A DNA stretch of 62,033 nt, filler included, from 3 parts of 3 records of this genome joined end to end with filler, not necessarily neighbours in it; one strand, 5' to 3'; shown: positions 10,293-20,276, counted from the whole stretch's first letter. The notes: a model not told the origin generated them from the letters alone. Program-made: numbers and translations.

Positions 10293-12146
10293 CTAAAATT
10301 CCGGTCCGATGGAAAAATGCAGGCGCCAATCGTCTTCATCGTCAAATGGGTGTGCTACATCAAGTCGGATAGGGCCCACAGGGGAAATCCAGCGTACGCC
10401 AACCCCGGCGCCCGTCTTTAACTCTTCTGGCCCCCAATTATCGAAGGCATCTCCAGTATCGACAAAAGTGGCTCCCCACCAGTCGCCAGAAACTCGACGC
10501 TGGTACTCGAGGGTCGAGGTCAGCATTTGCTGGCCGCCACGTAAAAGCCCTTCTTCATTTCGCGGAGATAGGCTTTCGTAGGAGTAACCCCGGACGCTTC
10601 GGTCACCGCCCGCAAAAAAGCGTAACGAAGGAGGCAGTTTATCGAAATTATCTGTTTCGATAGCGCCGATACTTAGCCGTGCCGAAAAACGATTATCATC
10701 GCCAATGGTGCGAATCCATTCTGTGTCACCCGTCATACGCGCGAACTTGGCATCGGATCCCCATATCGTGTCTGAATACTCGAGCGATAATTGTTGCCTA
10801 TCTCCCCAAAGCGGAAACCGCTGAGGACGCGTTCTTGTACGGGACCACTGAATGCCTGGATAAAACAGCAATACTTCATCTGAGACTCCCCCTTGGGTGA
10901 AGTCTTCATAGGTCGTACGGAAGTAAAGTGTTTGTACCCAGCGATTTTCAAACTCCCATCGACGAGCGATTTCCACGGTACCCTCTAACGACTGGGTATC
11001 GCCATCATCCAGGTTACGCACGCCATATTGCAGACGATAGCTATCGCGTAACGGATCTTCTAACGGGATATTGTAAGTCCCTGTGAAGCGCTGGTCGGGG
11101 GCTGAAACATACAGATCATGATCCAGGCTATGGCCAAAGCGGTTAATCCATGGCTGTTTCCAGCCAAAGCGCATGCGCGGCCCTACGTCAGTTGCAAAGC
11201 CAATCCCGACTTCAAATTGATGGCGATCGGCAGGCTCTACACTTACGTCAATAGGCAGACTGGTATCGTCCCGCTGGGTGACACTAAGTGCGCTGACAAG
11301 CGCGGCGCTGGACAGCCTAGGACGTTGAGGCTGCGATGCCGTTGCTTCATTCCACCACGGTGAGCTTCCTGTTGGCGGCGATAGGGTCAGCTCCCGCGCT
11401 GTCTCTAAGCGTGGTCGCACCGTCACAGAGCTGAACCATTCTGTCTCAGCTAAACGTTGATTATAGCGGGCTATCGATTCCGCTAGATAAGGCTCCCCTG
11501 CTTCAAAGGTCTGCATTTGAAGCAAACGCTCAGGTTCGATATGACTGCCTGAAATAGTCGTATTGCCAAATTGATAGCGTGGGCCGCTGTCGAAATCCAT
11601 ATAGAGACGAGCGCTTTCAAGGTATGGCCTTATTTCCATTCGGCGGTCAGTAAACCCCCAGTCGAAATAACCACGCTCAAGTGCTAGACCTGAAAACTGG
11701 TTGCGTAGGCGATCCCATGGGGCATGCCGTAGTGTATCGCCTTCCTTTAAGGGAAATGCATCGAGTGCTTCCTGAAACGGAGGGTCATCGCTTGCTTCAC
11801 CGCTGATATTGACAGAAAGCACGTCGATTTTGACCGGCGAGCCGGGTTCTATGCGAAGTGTGATAGGTGAGCTATCAACATCAACCGTAATGTCAGACTC
11901 GTAGTAGCCGAAAACGCGCATGGCTTCTTGCGCACGCTTACGTATTTCGCCTTCCAAACGGATATCGGTGTACTGATCTTCGTCAATGTTCTGTAAATAG
12001 GCATCAATATTGTCCTCTACTTCACTACTGACACCATCGATTGACGCGTTAAGTGCCCATACGGGAGCTGACCACGTTACAAGAAGCGGTAAAACCACCT
12101 GACGAGTCGCTTGTTTAACGGTAGGCCATCGCCGTATTCTTTCCAT
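10293..12146 (-). CDS. tamA: Omp85-family autotransporter assembly factor TamA
   Basis: POTRA repeats, RFFAGGDRSVRGY motif, C-terminal HFSIGPEF. Start placed at ATG 12146 (AGGGA RBS upstream) rather than the ORF-track start at 12281. Confidence 0.92.
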   Translation of the reverse strand: MERIRRWPTVKQATRQVVLPLLVTWSAPVWALNASIDGVSSEVEDNIDAYLQNIDEDQYTDIRLEGEIRKRAQEAMRVFGYYESDITVDVDSSPITLRIEPGSPVKIDVLSVNISGEASDDPPFQEALDAFPLKEGDTLRHAPWDRLRNQFSGLALERGYFDWGFTDRRMEIRPYLESARLYMDFDSGPRYQFGNTTISGSHIEPERLLQMQTFEAGEPYLAESIARYNQRLAETEWFSSVTVRPRLETARELTLSPPTGSSPWWNEATASQPQRPRLSSAALVSALSVTQRDDTSLPIDVSVEPADRHQFEVGIGFATDVGPRMRFGWKQPWINRFGHSLDHDLYVSAPDQRFTGTYNIPLEDPLRDSYRLQYGVRNLDDGDTQSLEGTVEIARRWEFENRWVQTLYFRTTYEDFTQGGVSDEVLLFYPGIQWSRTRTRPQRFPLWGDRQQLSLEYSDTIWGSDAKFARMTGDTEWIRTIGDDNRFSARLSIGAIETDNFDKLPPSLRFFAGGDRSVRGYSYESLSPRNEEGLLRGGQQMLTSTLEYQRRVSGDWWGATFVDTGDAFDNWGPEELKTGAGVGVRWISPVGPIRLDVAHPFDDEDDWRLHFSIGPEF

Positions 12147-12216
12147 GCAGTTCATCCCTAACCAAATCAGCGACTCGGTGGCTTTATTACCCATTGCTTT
12201 ATGCTGGTGACAATTG

Positions 12217-13065
12217 CTAGCGGAGCATCTCCATCTGAGCACTAAATGCCAGCTGGGCTTGCCGCACTTGACGGATATCACTCTCTAAGGTGTTTAATCG
12301 TTGCGCCCATTGCTGTTCAAGCGCTTGTAACGCTTCTTGAGTAGCTGAAGTATCAGTACTGCTTAGCATTTCAAGCGTTGAGTTTACCTCAGTAAAACGC
12401 TGATCGACCTCTTCTTGCCATGCAGTAACATTTGTTACCAATTCGCTGTTTTCGTTTTCTAACTTAGCAATATCATCGAGTCGGTTGGTAGTCGCAGATA
12501 GGCGCTGCGACAGCATCTCTTCGAGGTAAGTTACCTCTTCTGCTAGATTTTGCCGCCCAGACATGCCCGCTTGCTCAAGTGAGTCAAGTGATGTGCGTAT
12601 AGCGGCAAGCTGTTGGTCACGCAACGCTGCTTGTTCTTCCAACTGACTAATACGCTCAGCAATGCTGCTTAGGGCATCACCATTCACGAGCTCTTCGTTT
12701 GACGTCAAAAGACCGTAGAGTTCCTCACGGGTACGTGTCACCGCAACGGCTAATTGCTCCTGTTCTTGGAACAGCGTTGTCATCTGTGCTTGTACAAAGG
12801 CTATCGCATCTTGCGTGTCCGTGTCACCCGAGTCGAGTCTTGCATGAAGATTAGAGACTTCTCCACTTACTCGATGGACCTCTTCTAATAAGCGCTCTCT
12901 TTCATACCAAAGGCCCACCGCGGCGGCGCCCAGCGAAATGATAATAAGCATCATCAATAACCACAATGGCCACAGTTTGGGCCCCCTGCGATGACGCAAG
13001 TGTTGTGCGGTCAAGCTTTGGTCCACATCGGGAACAATGCGAGAAGATGCAGTACTGTTGGGCAT
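12217..13065 (-). CDS. Single-pass membrane-anchored coiled-coil protein, function unknown
   Basis: Hydrophobic segment LWPLWLLMMLIIISLGAAAVGLW, then about 230 aa of heptad-rich Q/E/L sequence. Confidence 0.8.
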   Translation of the reverse strand: MPNSTASSRIVPDVDQSLTAQHLRHRRGPKLWPLWLLMMLIIISLGAAAVGLWYERERLLEEVHRVSGEVSNLHARLDSGDTDTQDAIAFVQAQMTTLFQEQEQLAVAVTRTREELYGLLTSNEELVNGDALSSIAERISQLEEQAALRDQQLAAIRTSLDSLEQAGMSGRQNLAEEVTYLEEMLSQRLSATTNRLDDIAKLENENSELVTNVTAWQEEVDQRFTEVNSTLEMLSSTDTSATQEALQALEQQWAQRLNTLESDIRQVRQAQLAFSAQMEMLR

Positions 13066-13074
13066 GACTTTTCC

Positions 13075-14367
13075 TCAATGCGTTGTGGGATCTGCTCGAC
13101 GCCCGATTCCTCTATACCGTAAGCCACAGCTAGCCACGAAGGCTGGGTCATAAATATTTCGTCCATCCAGCACCAACTTAGCGCTTAATAACGAGGCTAA
13201 ACGATGCCAGTCAGGGTTCCAATAAGTTTTCCACTCAGTCACCAGCATCAGTGCGTCAGCTCCTTCACATGCCAAGTATGGGTCACTGGTGAATGTAGTT
13301 AGATCGTTTCGGTCACCGACCGCGTTGAGCAGCGCGGGGGTTGCCGCTGGATCATGAAGATTTACCTTTACGCCTTGCGCCCATAAGGCAGCAAGGAGTG
13401 TCAGCACAGGCGCGTGATCGATTCGAGTGGTTCCTGGTTTAAAAGCGGCTCCCCAAATAGCAATCGTTTTGCCGGCTAAATCGCCCTCGAAGAGCGTCCA
13501 GAGTTTCCTAAATAACGTCTCTTTTTTCTGTTCATTGATGTCCATTACTTGCTCTAGCAATGCCGAATTACGACCACTGGCTGACTGAACATCAGCTAAG
13601 CGCATTAGGTCGCGAGAGAAATTGGGGCCACCAAAGCCACAGCCAGGGTATAAATATTCATAGCCAATTCGGGTATCAGCGCCCATACCTTGGCGTACAT
13701 GTTCAACGTCAACTCCGAGCGTGTCTGCCAGCCCTGCAATCTCGTTCATGTAGCTGATACGTGTTGCCAGCATGCCGTTTATAGCGAGCTTAGTCAGCTC
13801 AGCCGCTCTACAAGGCATACGCTGGAACACATCATTGCGGCGATTAAAGGCACGTAAAAGCTCGCGCGCCACCTGTTCACCGGTTGCATCGTCACAGCCG
13901 AGCAGCCAGCGTGAAGGACGCGTAAAGGAGAGCCAGGCCCGCCCCTCTTCCAAAGTGTCGGGTAAGGCAACGCTACTGTGCTGGGGCCCCATAAGCGCGT
14001 GCAACTGCTCTGTTTCGCCTACTGGAAATGTTGAATTATTAATTAATACAGCACCACTATGGTGCTCAAATATAGGGGCTTCAAGCAGTGTCTTGGCCGC
14101 CTGACGCTGATCGGGCGACAGAGCCAACCAAACCACATCAGGAGAGTGAGCCTGCTCTGGCGCTTCAATGATTCTCAGTGTTCCACTGGCTAACGCTTGT
14201 TCAATATGCGTCATTAACTCAGGTTCACTGCGCAGCCAGTCCGCCTTTAAAAGCTGTGGCCATGGTGCGCTTTCGTGTAGTAGCCACTCAACTTGATGGC
14301 CTACCCAGGCTAACGCGGCGGCGGCGGTAGCGGCACTTAGTTCACTTCCGTGGAGTAATACTCGCAT
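13075..14367 (-). CDS. UDP-glucose/GDP-mannose dehydrogenase family protein (atypical active site)
   Basis: STFPVG, AAELTKLAINGMLA, D.RIG, WGAAFKPGT, VTEW and DGRNIY motifs. The canonical GGSCFPKD reads GGPNFSRD. Confidence 0.85.
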   Translation of the reverse strand: MRVLLHGSELSAATAAAALAWVGHQVEWLLHESAPWPQLLKADWLRSEPELMTHIEQALASGTLRIIEAPEQAHSPDVVWLALSPDQRQAAKTLLEAPIFEHHSGAVLINNSTFPVGETEQLHALMGPQHSSVALPDTLEEGRAWLSFTRPSRWLLGCDDATGEQVARELLRAFNRRNDVFQRMPCRAAELTKLAINGMLATRISYMNEIAGLADTLGVDVEHVRQGMGADTRIGYEYLYPGCGFGGPNFSRDLMRLADVQSASGRNSALLEQVMDINEQKKETLFRKLWTLFEGDLAGKTIAIWGAAFKPGTTRIDHAPVLTLLAALWAQGVKVNLHDPAATPALLNAVGDRNDLTTFTSDPYLACEGADALMLVTEWKTYWNPDWHRLASLLSAKLVLDGRNIYDPAFVASCGLRYRGIGRRADPTTH

Positions 14368-14532
14368 TCATCACGCTCCCTGAGAAAATAAAAGTCGCGA
14401 AAATAGGGGGTTAAGATTCATGTCGCGTTCCTTTTCATGCGTTCCTTTCCAGGAGTGGTTAGAATGACATAATACTGAACGACTGGTTGGTTGCCACCTT
14501 CATGCCAACTTACCGACAATGGGAGTTAAAAC

Positions 14533-15276
14533 ATGCAAGCGATACCTCAGGATAGCACTACTCATCGCAACCACGACAATGTCGACGCAGCGGAAGTTGC
14601 GAAATTTGAAGCACTTGCTAGTCGTTGGTGGGACGCAGAGGGGGAATTTAAGCCGCTGCACGCTATCAATCCCTTGCGCCTTGACTTTATTGACGCGCGT
14701 GCAGGCCTAGCCGGTAAAAAGGTGCTCGATGTCGGCTGTGGCGGTGGGATTTTAAGTGAATCAATGGCTCATCGAGGAGCTAGTGTTACCGGCATTGATC
14801 TTGGAGAAGCGCCTCTTAGCGTTGCCCGGCTACATGCGACAGAAAGCGGTGCATCGGTGGATTATCGACTGATAAGCGTTGAAGCGCTTGCAGCAGAGCA
14901 GCCAGGGCATTATGACATCGTAACCTGCATGGAAATGCTTGAGCATGTGCCTGACCCTGCATCGGTCATTCGTGCTTGCAGTGAGCTGGTTCGCCCTGGG
15001 GGTTATGTTTTCTTCTCGACCCTAAATCGCACCCCCAAATCGTATGCTTTTGCGATTTTAGGCGCTGAGTATGTGCTTAAACTATTGCCGCGCGGCACCC
15101 ATGATTATGCAAAATTTATCCGCCCTTCTGAGATGGCCGCATGGGCGAGAGCCTCAGATCTTGAGATTAACGAACAAACGGGGCTGACCTATAACCCACT
15201 GACTCGTCACTACCGCTTGGTCGCAAACGATGTATCGGTCAATTACATGATGTATTGCCGGAAAGCGAGCCAATAA
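14533..15276 (+). CDS. ubiG: Bifunctional ubiquinone biosynthesis O-methyltransferase
   Basis: [43 protein letters not shown]. Confidence 0.96.
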   Translation: MQAIPQDSTTHRNHDNVDAAEVAKFEALASRWWDAEGEFKPLHAINPLRLDFIDARAGLAGKKVLDVGCGGGILSESMAHRGASVTGIDLGEAPLSVARLHATESGASVDYRLISVEALAAEQPGHYDIVTCMEMLEHVPDPASVIRACSELVRPGGYVFFSTLNRTPKSYAFAILGAEYVLKLLPRGTHDYAKFIRPSEMAAWARASDLEINEQTGLTYNPLTRHYRLVANDVSVNYMMYCRKASQ

Positions 15277-15942
15277 ATGTCAACATCAATACCTGAAGCC
15301 ATACTGTTTGATTTAGACGGAACTCTTGTTGACACTGCCCCTGATCTTGCTGAAGCAACGAATGCATTGAGGCGGCATCATGGGCTGGCACCACTGCCCT
15401 ACGGGAAAATACGAGGCCAAGTTTCTAACGGCGGCAGTGCCTTAGTAACCTTGGCTATTGGTATCGAAAGTGGTTCTACTGAACACGATACGGCGCGGCA
15501 GTATTTGTTAGATAATTATGAACAAGCAGTTGCTGTTCACAGTCGGCTATTTGAACCCCTTGACCAATGGCTAGACCGCTGGCACTCAGCATCACGCTCG
15601 TGGGGAATCGTAACGAACAAACCAAGACGCTATACCCTTCCGCTGTTAGATGCATTGGCGCTAACGCCAGGGGCTCTTTTATGTGCAGATGATCTAGCGG
15701 TCAGAAAACCCGCTCCGGAGCCTCTTTGGGAGGCTGCGCGCAGGCTTAACGTGGCGCCACAAGCGTGTTGGTACGTCGGTGATCATATTCGTGATATGGA
15801 GGCGGCAAAAGCGGCAGGAATGACGGCTGTCGCCGTTGGCTACGGGTATATCAGCGAGGAAGACGATTATCAGCAGTGGCCAGCTGACTTATGGTTTGAA
15901 ACCTGTAAAGACTTAGTCGATGCTCTGGCTGCTTTTCATTGA
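15277..15942 (+). CDS. HAD phosphatase (MupP / phosphoglycolate phosphatase-like)
   Basis: FDLDGTLVDTAPD, VTNKP, KP.PEP, YVGD motifs; follows ubiG, as mupP does in Pseudomonas. Confidence 0.8.
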   Translation: MSTSIPEAILFDLDGTLVDTAPDLAEATNALRRHHGLAPLPYGKIRGQVSNGGSALVTLAIGIESGSTEHDTARQYLLDNYEQAVAVHSRLFEPLDQWLDRWHSASRSWGIVTNKPRRYTLPLLDALALTPGALLCADDLAVRKPAPEPLWEAARRLNVAPQACWYVGDHIRDMEAAKAAGMTAVAVGYGYISEEDDYQQWPADLWFETCKDLVDALAAFH

Positions 15943-16018
15943 TAGCGTTAATTGAATGAAAATGCCTAGAACATCGACAAGCGGTGCGGTACGTCAGAAA
16001 GCTATGGGCAAGATGCAT

Positions 16019-16780
16019 TTATGCACGTGGTGGTTGAGCGTCAAACTTCTGGCCACTAACCCCCGTGCTGTCTGGCCCCATAAGCCATAAGTAAGTGGGC
16101 ATAATTTCCTCAGGGGTACGCAGCGTCAACGGATCCTCACCTGGATAAGCAGTTCGGCGCATTTGGGTACGTGTTGCCCCTGGGTTTAACGTATTGATCC
16201 GCACAGTAGACTGGTTTTCAAGTTCGTCAGCAAGCACTTCCACAAAACCTTCAGTGGCGAACTTTGAAACCGAATATGCCCCCCAGTAGGCCCGGCCTTT
16301 TCGTCCAACGCTTGATGAGGTGAAGACCACAGAAGCATCAGCTGACTGCTGAAGCAGTGGTAGCAACGCTTGGGTCATCCAAATAGGCCCATTGATATTG
16401 ACCTGCATGACTTGTTCCCACAGCTCTGGATTGTACTGCTCAAAAGGCGTAATTCTGCCTAGCAAGCCAGCGTTATGTAGCAATCCATCTAAACGGCCAA
16501 ACTCTTTGTCCAGCGTTTCAGCCATATCGTGAAAGTCTTTGAGCGTTGCGCCCTCAAAGTTGAGCGGAAAAATTGCCGGCTGTGGTCCGCCTTCTGCTTC
16601 AATTTCATCGTAGACACGCTCAAGCTTGGCTATCGTGCGGCCAAGCAGTATCACAGTTGCCCCATGGCGGGCGTAGGTAAGTGCCGCCGCACGTCCAATT
16701 CCATCACCCGCACCGGTTACCAACACGACGCGGTTTTCCAAAAGATTGGACGCAGGTTGATAGTCGATTTTGCAGCTCAT
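16019..16780 (-). CDS. yciK: YciK-family short-chain oxidoreductase
   Basis: TGAGDGIG, TSSSVG, YSVSK and NPGATRT.MR motifs; start at ATG 16780 after AAGGAA. Confidence 0.85.
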   Translation of the reverse strand: MSCKIDYQPASNLLENRVVLVTGAGDGIGRAAALTYARHGATVILLGRTIAKLERVYDEIEAEGGPQPAIFPLNFEGATLKDFHDMAETLDKEFGRLDGLLHNAGLLGRITPFEQYNPELWEQVMQVNINGPIWMTQALLPLLQQSADASVVFTSSSVGRKGRAYWGAYSVSKFATEGFVEVLADELENQSTVRINTLNPGATRTQMRRTAYPGEDPLTLRTPEEIMPTYLWLMGPDSTGVSGQKFDAQPPRA

Positions 16781-16813
16781 GAGGTTTCCTTGATACAAAA
16801 ATGTAAACAGACG

Positions 16814-17602
16814 TTATCCTGCAGACTGACGTAAAAAGTCATTGGCAAGCCCTGCCGCGCTACTCTGCGGGTAATCATCACGTACTTGTTCGAGCAGTTC
16901 ACGACTGCGTTCAGCCTCGCCCTGCCGTGCTTTTACTAATCCTAGCTTATAAAGCGCATCGGGGACTTTACTGCTGCCGCTGTACTGCTCAATAACACGG
17001 CTAAATGATTCATCAGCAGCGCTAAGTTCGCCTTCAGCAGCATAAAGTTCCCCCAGCCAGTAATAGCCGTTAGAGGTCAGACTGCTGTCGGGGTGATCAG
17101 TGACAAAGGCTTTAAACGCATTGATCGCATCTGCGAATTGACGTGCTTGAACGTGGGCAAACGCTGCTTGGTAATCAGCCTGAGCGTCTTCACTGACGTT
17201 CCGAGCAGAAGGTGCGTTGGCAACTTGCTCTGCCGCCTCGGGCTCCACTGCAGGCGTCGATTGTTCAATTTGGCTAGGGCCGCTATTCATCAAACGATCT
17301 TCAATATCCAGGTACTGCTGCTGTGATTGCCGACGAAGCTGCTCTAACTGGTGTCGCAGTTCTTCAATTTGACCACGTAGCTGCTGGATCTCTGTCTGGT
17401 GCTCTTGCACTTGGTTAAAGAGTACCAAGTTACCACCAGATGCTTCCTGGCGTTGGGTTTGCTGATAAAAGCCAGACCCGCTTGATAAGTCTTGAACGAG
17501 GGGCTGTTGACCAAAGGCTGTCAAGGGCAATACGGACAGCGGGAGCACAATGGCTCCCGCACCGCACAGCCTCTCAAAATAACGTTTGAGACTGTGATTC
17601 AT
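16814..17602 (-). CDS. cpoB: Tol-Pal system TPR protein CpoB/YbgF
   Basis: Signal peptide, coiled-coil LRGQIEEL, TPR motifs YYWLGE and K.PDALYKLG; downstream of pal; GGAG RBS before ATG 17602. Confidence 0.92.
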   Translation of the reverse strand: MNHSLKRYFERLCGAGAIVLPLSVLPLTAFGQQPLVQDLSSGSGFYQQTQRQEASGGNLVLFNQVQEHQTEIQQLRGQIEELRHQLEQLRRQSQQQYLDIEDRLMNSGPSQIEQSTPAVEPEAAEQVANAPSARNVSEDAQADYQAAFAHVQARQFADAINAFKAFVTDHPDSSLTSNGYYWLGELYAAEGELSAADESFSRVIEQYSGSSKVPDALYKLGLVKARQGEAERSRELLEQVRDDYPQSSAAGLANDFLRQSAG

Positions 17603-17627
17603 GATGACTCCAATCATTACTTAGTTA

Positions 17628-17678
17628 GCGTACCTAGCGCCTAATAGCAAGTACTTGATGTTGAGCACCTAGGTACGC
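17628..17678 (-). other. Long intergenic hairpin between pal and cpoB
   Basis: GCGTACCTAG...CTAGGTACGC 10-bp perfect base stem with an inner CAAGTACTTG palindrome; no U-tract. Confidence 0.6.
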
Positions 17679-17686
17679 CAATGCCA

Positions 17687-18232
17687 TCAGTAGTTAAAGA
17701 CGACGCGACGGTTTTGAGAGTAGGCACTTTCACCTTGGCCGCTAGCAGCCGGACGCTCTTCACCATAGCTCACGACGCTCATTTGCGAGGGAGACACGCC
17801 TTGAATATTTAAGAACCGCTTAACAGCACCGGCACGACGCTCACCAAGGGCCATGTTGTATTCGCGAGTGCCACGCTCGTCGGTGTGGCCATGCAGAACA
17901 ACTTGGGCGCTGGGATTAGCACGCAAATAGCGAGCATGAGCCATCACGACTGATTCGTAATCGCCCTTGATAGTGTCGCGGTCAAAGTCGAAATAGATAG
18001 TACGGACTTCTGGAATGCGTGAATCGGCTTGTTGACCAGCGCCTGCGCCAGAACCTGATGTAGAGCCATACTGGCCACCAGTGCCAGCACCTGAGGTGCT
18101 AGTCCCTGTGCCGCTGCCATCCTGGCTTCCATAAGAGTCACCATCCTGGGTTCCGCCGGTGCTGGAACAGCCAGCGATTACTACGATAGATAGCGCTACT
18201 GCTAATGAGCGAGCCAACGGTTTAAGTTGCAT
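17687..18232 (-). CDS. pal: Peptidoglycan-associated lipoprotein
   Basis: Lipobox IAGC, Gly/Ser linker, OmpA-C motif GHTDERGTREYNMALGERRA, NRR. Confidence 0.96.
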   Translation of the reverse strand: MQLKPLARSLAVALSIVVIAGCSSTGGTQDGDSYGSQDGSGTGTSTSGAGTGGQYGSTSGSGAGAGQQADSRIPEVRTIYFDFDRDTIKGDYESVVMAHARYLRANPSAQVVLHGHTDERGTREYNMALGERRAGAVKRFLNIQGVSPSQMSVVSYGEERPAASGQGESAYSQNRRVVFNY

Positions 18233-18278
18233 AATCAGACTCCTTGCCTGAAAACAAAAAATGTAAACTTTTCGTCAA

Positions 18279-19571
18279 TCAATTTAAAAAAGGTGACCAC
18301 GCGGGATCGCGAACATCACCCTGCGCTGCGGGTAATCTAAATGACGAGCGGCCATCCGCTGAAACGGCACTTAACACCCCATTACTACCCTGTTGGGTAG
18401 CGAAGATTACCATGGTCCCGTTCGGCGCAACACTAGGAGATTCATCTCTTGTTGTTTCGCTTATTACAACAAGACGTCCCCCATCACGCTCCTGACGCGC
18501 AACTTGGTATCCACGGTTGGAGCGGTGAATTAAAAAGATTTGCTCTCCGTCAGGTGAATAGCGCGCGCGAGCATTGTAGTTACCGGTAAATGTAATGCGA
18601 TTTGCTTCACCGCTACCTAGCAAGTATTCATAAATCTGTGGTCCACCGCTACGGTCAGAGGTAAACAACAAACTACGCCCATCGGGCGCCCAAGTTGGTT
18701 CGGTATCAATGCTACTGTTTTGAGTTATACGCTCTACTGAGCGATTACCGATGTCTAGGATATAAATTTCTGGTTGTCCATCTTTGGACAGCGACATAGC
18801 GATTTTGCGGCCATCAGGTGACCATGTAGGGGCACCATTAATACCGTCGAAAGAAGTTGCCTGTATCCGTTGCCCAGTTGAAACATCTTGAATATAGATA
18901 GCCGGACGCTCTGTTTCAAAGGATACGTATGCCAACTTCCGGCCATCGGGAGACCATGCAGGTGACATAATCGGCTGGTCGGAGGTAAGCACTTGTTGAC
19001 TGTTACGTCCATCCGCATCGGCCACATACAGACCAAATTGCATGTTATCGCCCAACCCTTGAGCGGTTACATAAGCAATTTTAGTTGAGAAAGCCCCCCG
19101 GATATCGGTAATTTCTTCAAAAATTTGATCGCTCATATAGTGAGCAGCACCACGCAAATCGTTCACATTTGCCGTGACCGTTTCGCCAATCATACGGCGC
19201 TGTCCACTGATATCCATTAACTCAAATTGAATCTGATAACCACTATTTGTCTGTTGTGCTCGGCCTACCACCAAATATCGAACATCAAGCGAACGCCAAG
19301 TGCCAAACTCAACGTCATCCGCCTGGCTTGGCCTATCAAACATGGCACTGCGTTCTAAGGGCGCAAAAAAACCGCTGCGCTCAAGGTCGTCCTGGATAAT
19401 TTGAGCCACGTCTTCAGGCATGTTATCGCCGCCTGCAAAGGGAACGATACCAATCGGTAAAGCCTGGTCGCTCCCACGTGTTATTTCGATAGTCAGGTTT
19501 GCATTTGCAGTTGCATAACTACTAACGAATAGCAGTACGCAAAACAGCCACACTTTGCTTATGGTTTGCAT
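18279..19571 (-). CDS. tolB: Tol-Pal beta-propeller protein TolB
   Basis: Signal peptide, [10 protein letters not shown], repeated P.WSPDG (PD40), C-terminal PAWSPF. Confidence 0.96.
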   Translation of the reverse strand: MQTISKVWLFCVLLFVSSYATANANLTIEITRGSDQALPIGIVPFAGGDNMPEDVAQIIQDDLERSGFFAPLERSAMFDRPSQADDVEFGTWRSLDVRYLVVGRAQQTNSGYQIQFELMDISGQRRMIGETVTANVNDLRGAAHYMSDQIFEEITDIRGAFSTKIAYVTAQGLGDNMQFGLYVADADGRNSQQVLTSDQPIMSPAWSPDGRKLAYVSFETERPAIYIQDVSTGQRIQATSFDGINGAPTWSPDGRKIAMSLSKDGQPEIYILDIGNRSVERITQNSSIDTEPTWAPDGRSLLFTSDRSGGPQIYEYLLGSGEANRITFTGNYNARARYSPDGEQIFLIHRSNRGYQVARQERDGGRLVVISETTRDESPSVAPNGTMVIFATQQGSNGVLSAVSADGRSSFRLPAAQGDVRDPAWSPFLN

Positions 19572-19933
19572 CAGCGAACATCCCCCGGGGTAAATCGCAG
19601 ATTAAATTGACGTAAGTTACGCTGCTGCTCTGCGGGCAAATCCCTCAGCTCGCTGAACGGAGCAGCGTGTTCAACAGCCTGCATTGCAGACCGATCAAAG
19701 GCACTATCACCGCTGGATGTGGCGATAGTGGTTAAAAGTACCTCTCCTGATGGCCCAAGCCTTACTTGAATCGTAGCACTCATTGCGTCACTGGCACCTG
19801 CTGGAATTAACCATGCCTGCTCTACCGCTCGACGCACAATATTAATAAAACCATTCGCTGCTTGCTGCGCCTGCTGTGCGTTAGCAGCAGCTTGGGCTTC
19901 CCCCTCTAGCTGACGCTGCATGGCCGCCTCGGC
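19571..19933 (-). CDS. tolA: TolA C-terminal part (5' end beyond contig edge)
   Basis: Ala/Gln-rich helix, then TonB-C/TolA domain III ([11 protein letters not shown]); overlaps the tolB start; frame open to the contig end. Confidence 0.88.
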   Translation of the reverse strand, partial: AEAAMQRQLEGEAQAAANAQQAQQAANGFINIVRRAVEQAWLIPAGASDAMSATIQVRLGPSGEVLLTTIATSSGDSAFDRSAMQAVEHAAPFSELRDLPAEQQRNLRQFNLRFTPGDVR

Positions 19934-20033
19934 NNNNNNNNNNNNNNNNNNNNNNNNNNNNNNNNNNNNNNNNNNNNTTAATTAATTAANNNNNNNNNNN
20001 NNNNNNNNNNNNNNNNNNNNNNNNNNNNNNNNN
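19934..20033. other. Artificial contig-joining spacer
   Basis: 44 N + TTAATTAATTAA (stops in all six frames) + 44 N; gene content and composition change across it. Confidence 0.99.
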
Positions 20034-20061
20034 CGCTGCGTCACCACTCCGCCAACTCGCC
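20034..20061 (-). tRNA. tRNA 5' portion, probably tRNA-Cys, truncated by contig edge before the anticodon
   Basis: Minus strand GGCGAGTTGGCGGAGTGGTGACGCAGCG gives acceptor stem, D-arm and start of the anticodon stem. Upstream promoter-like TGGACG-17-TAGAAC at 20102-20130. The anticodon is not visible; Cys is inferred from sequence style and the usual tRNA-Cys/pcm/tolC arrangement in Alphaproteobacteria. Confidence 0.7.
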
Positions 20062-20276
20062 TTTTCAAGTAATATCAATCACTTGCCGTGGTGTGGTGGG
20101 CGTTCTAGCAGCTTTCAGGATGAACGTCCAGAGTATTGAGTGCAATTATTCCTGTCCCTGAAGGAAAATCGATGCGCCCGCCGAGTGAGTGCATTTTGCC
20201 GCGCCAGTAATTGGCGTCTGGCCCGTTGCTGCGGGCGGGCGGATATGGCACAAGCCTGATAGCAGATTGACAAGGA

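Noticed and set aside
12147-12281. N-terminal extension of TamA in the ORF track
   Set aside because: It overlaps the upstream gene on the same strand; the RBS and signal peptide fit a start at 12146.
19978-19989. TTAATTAATTAA palindrome, repeated at 33257-33268
   Set aside because: Synthetic six-frame-stop linker inside N runs.
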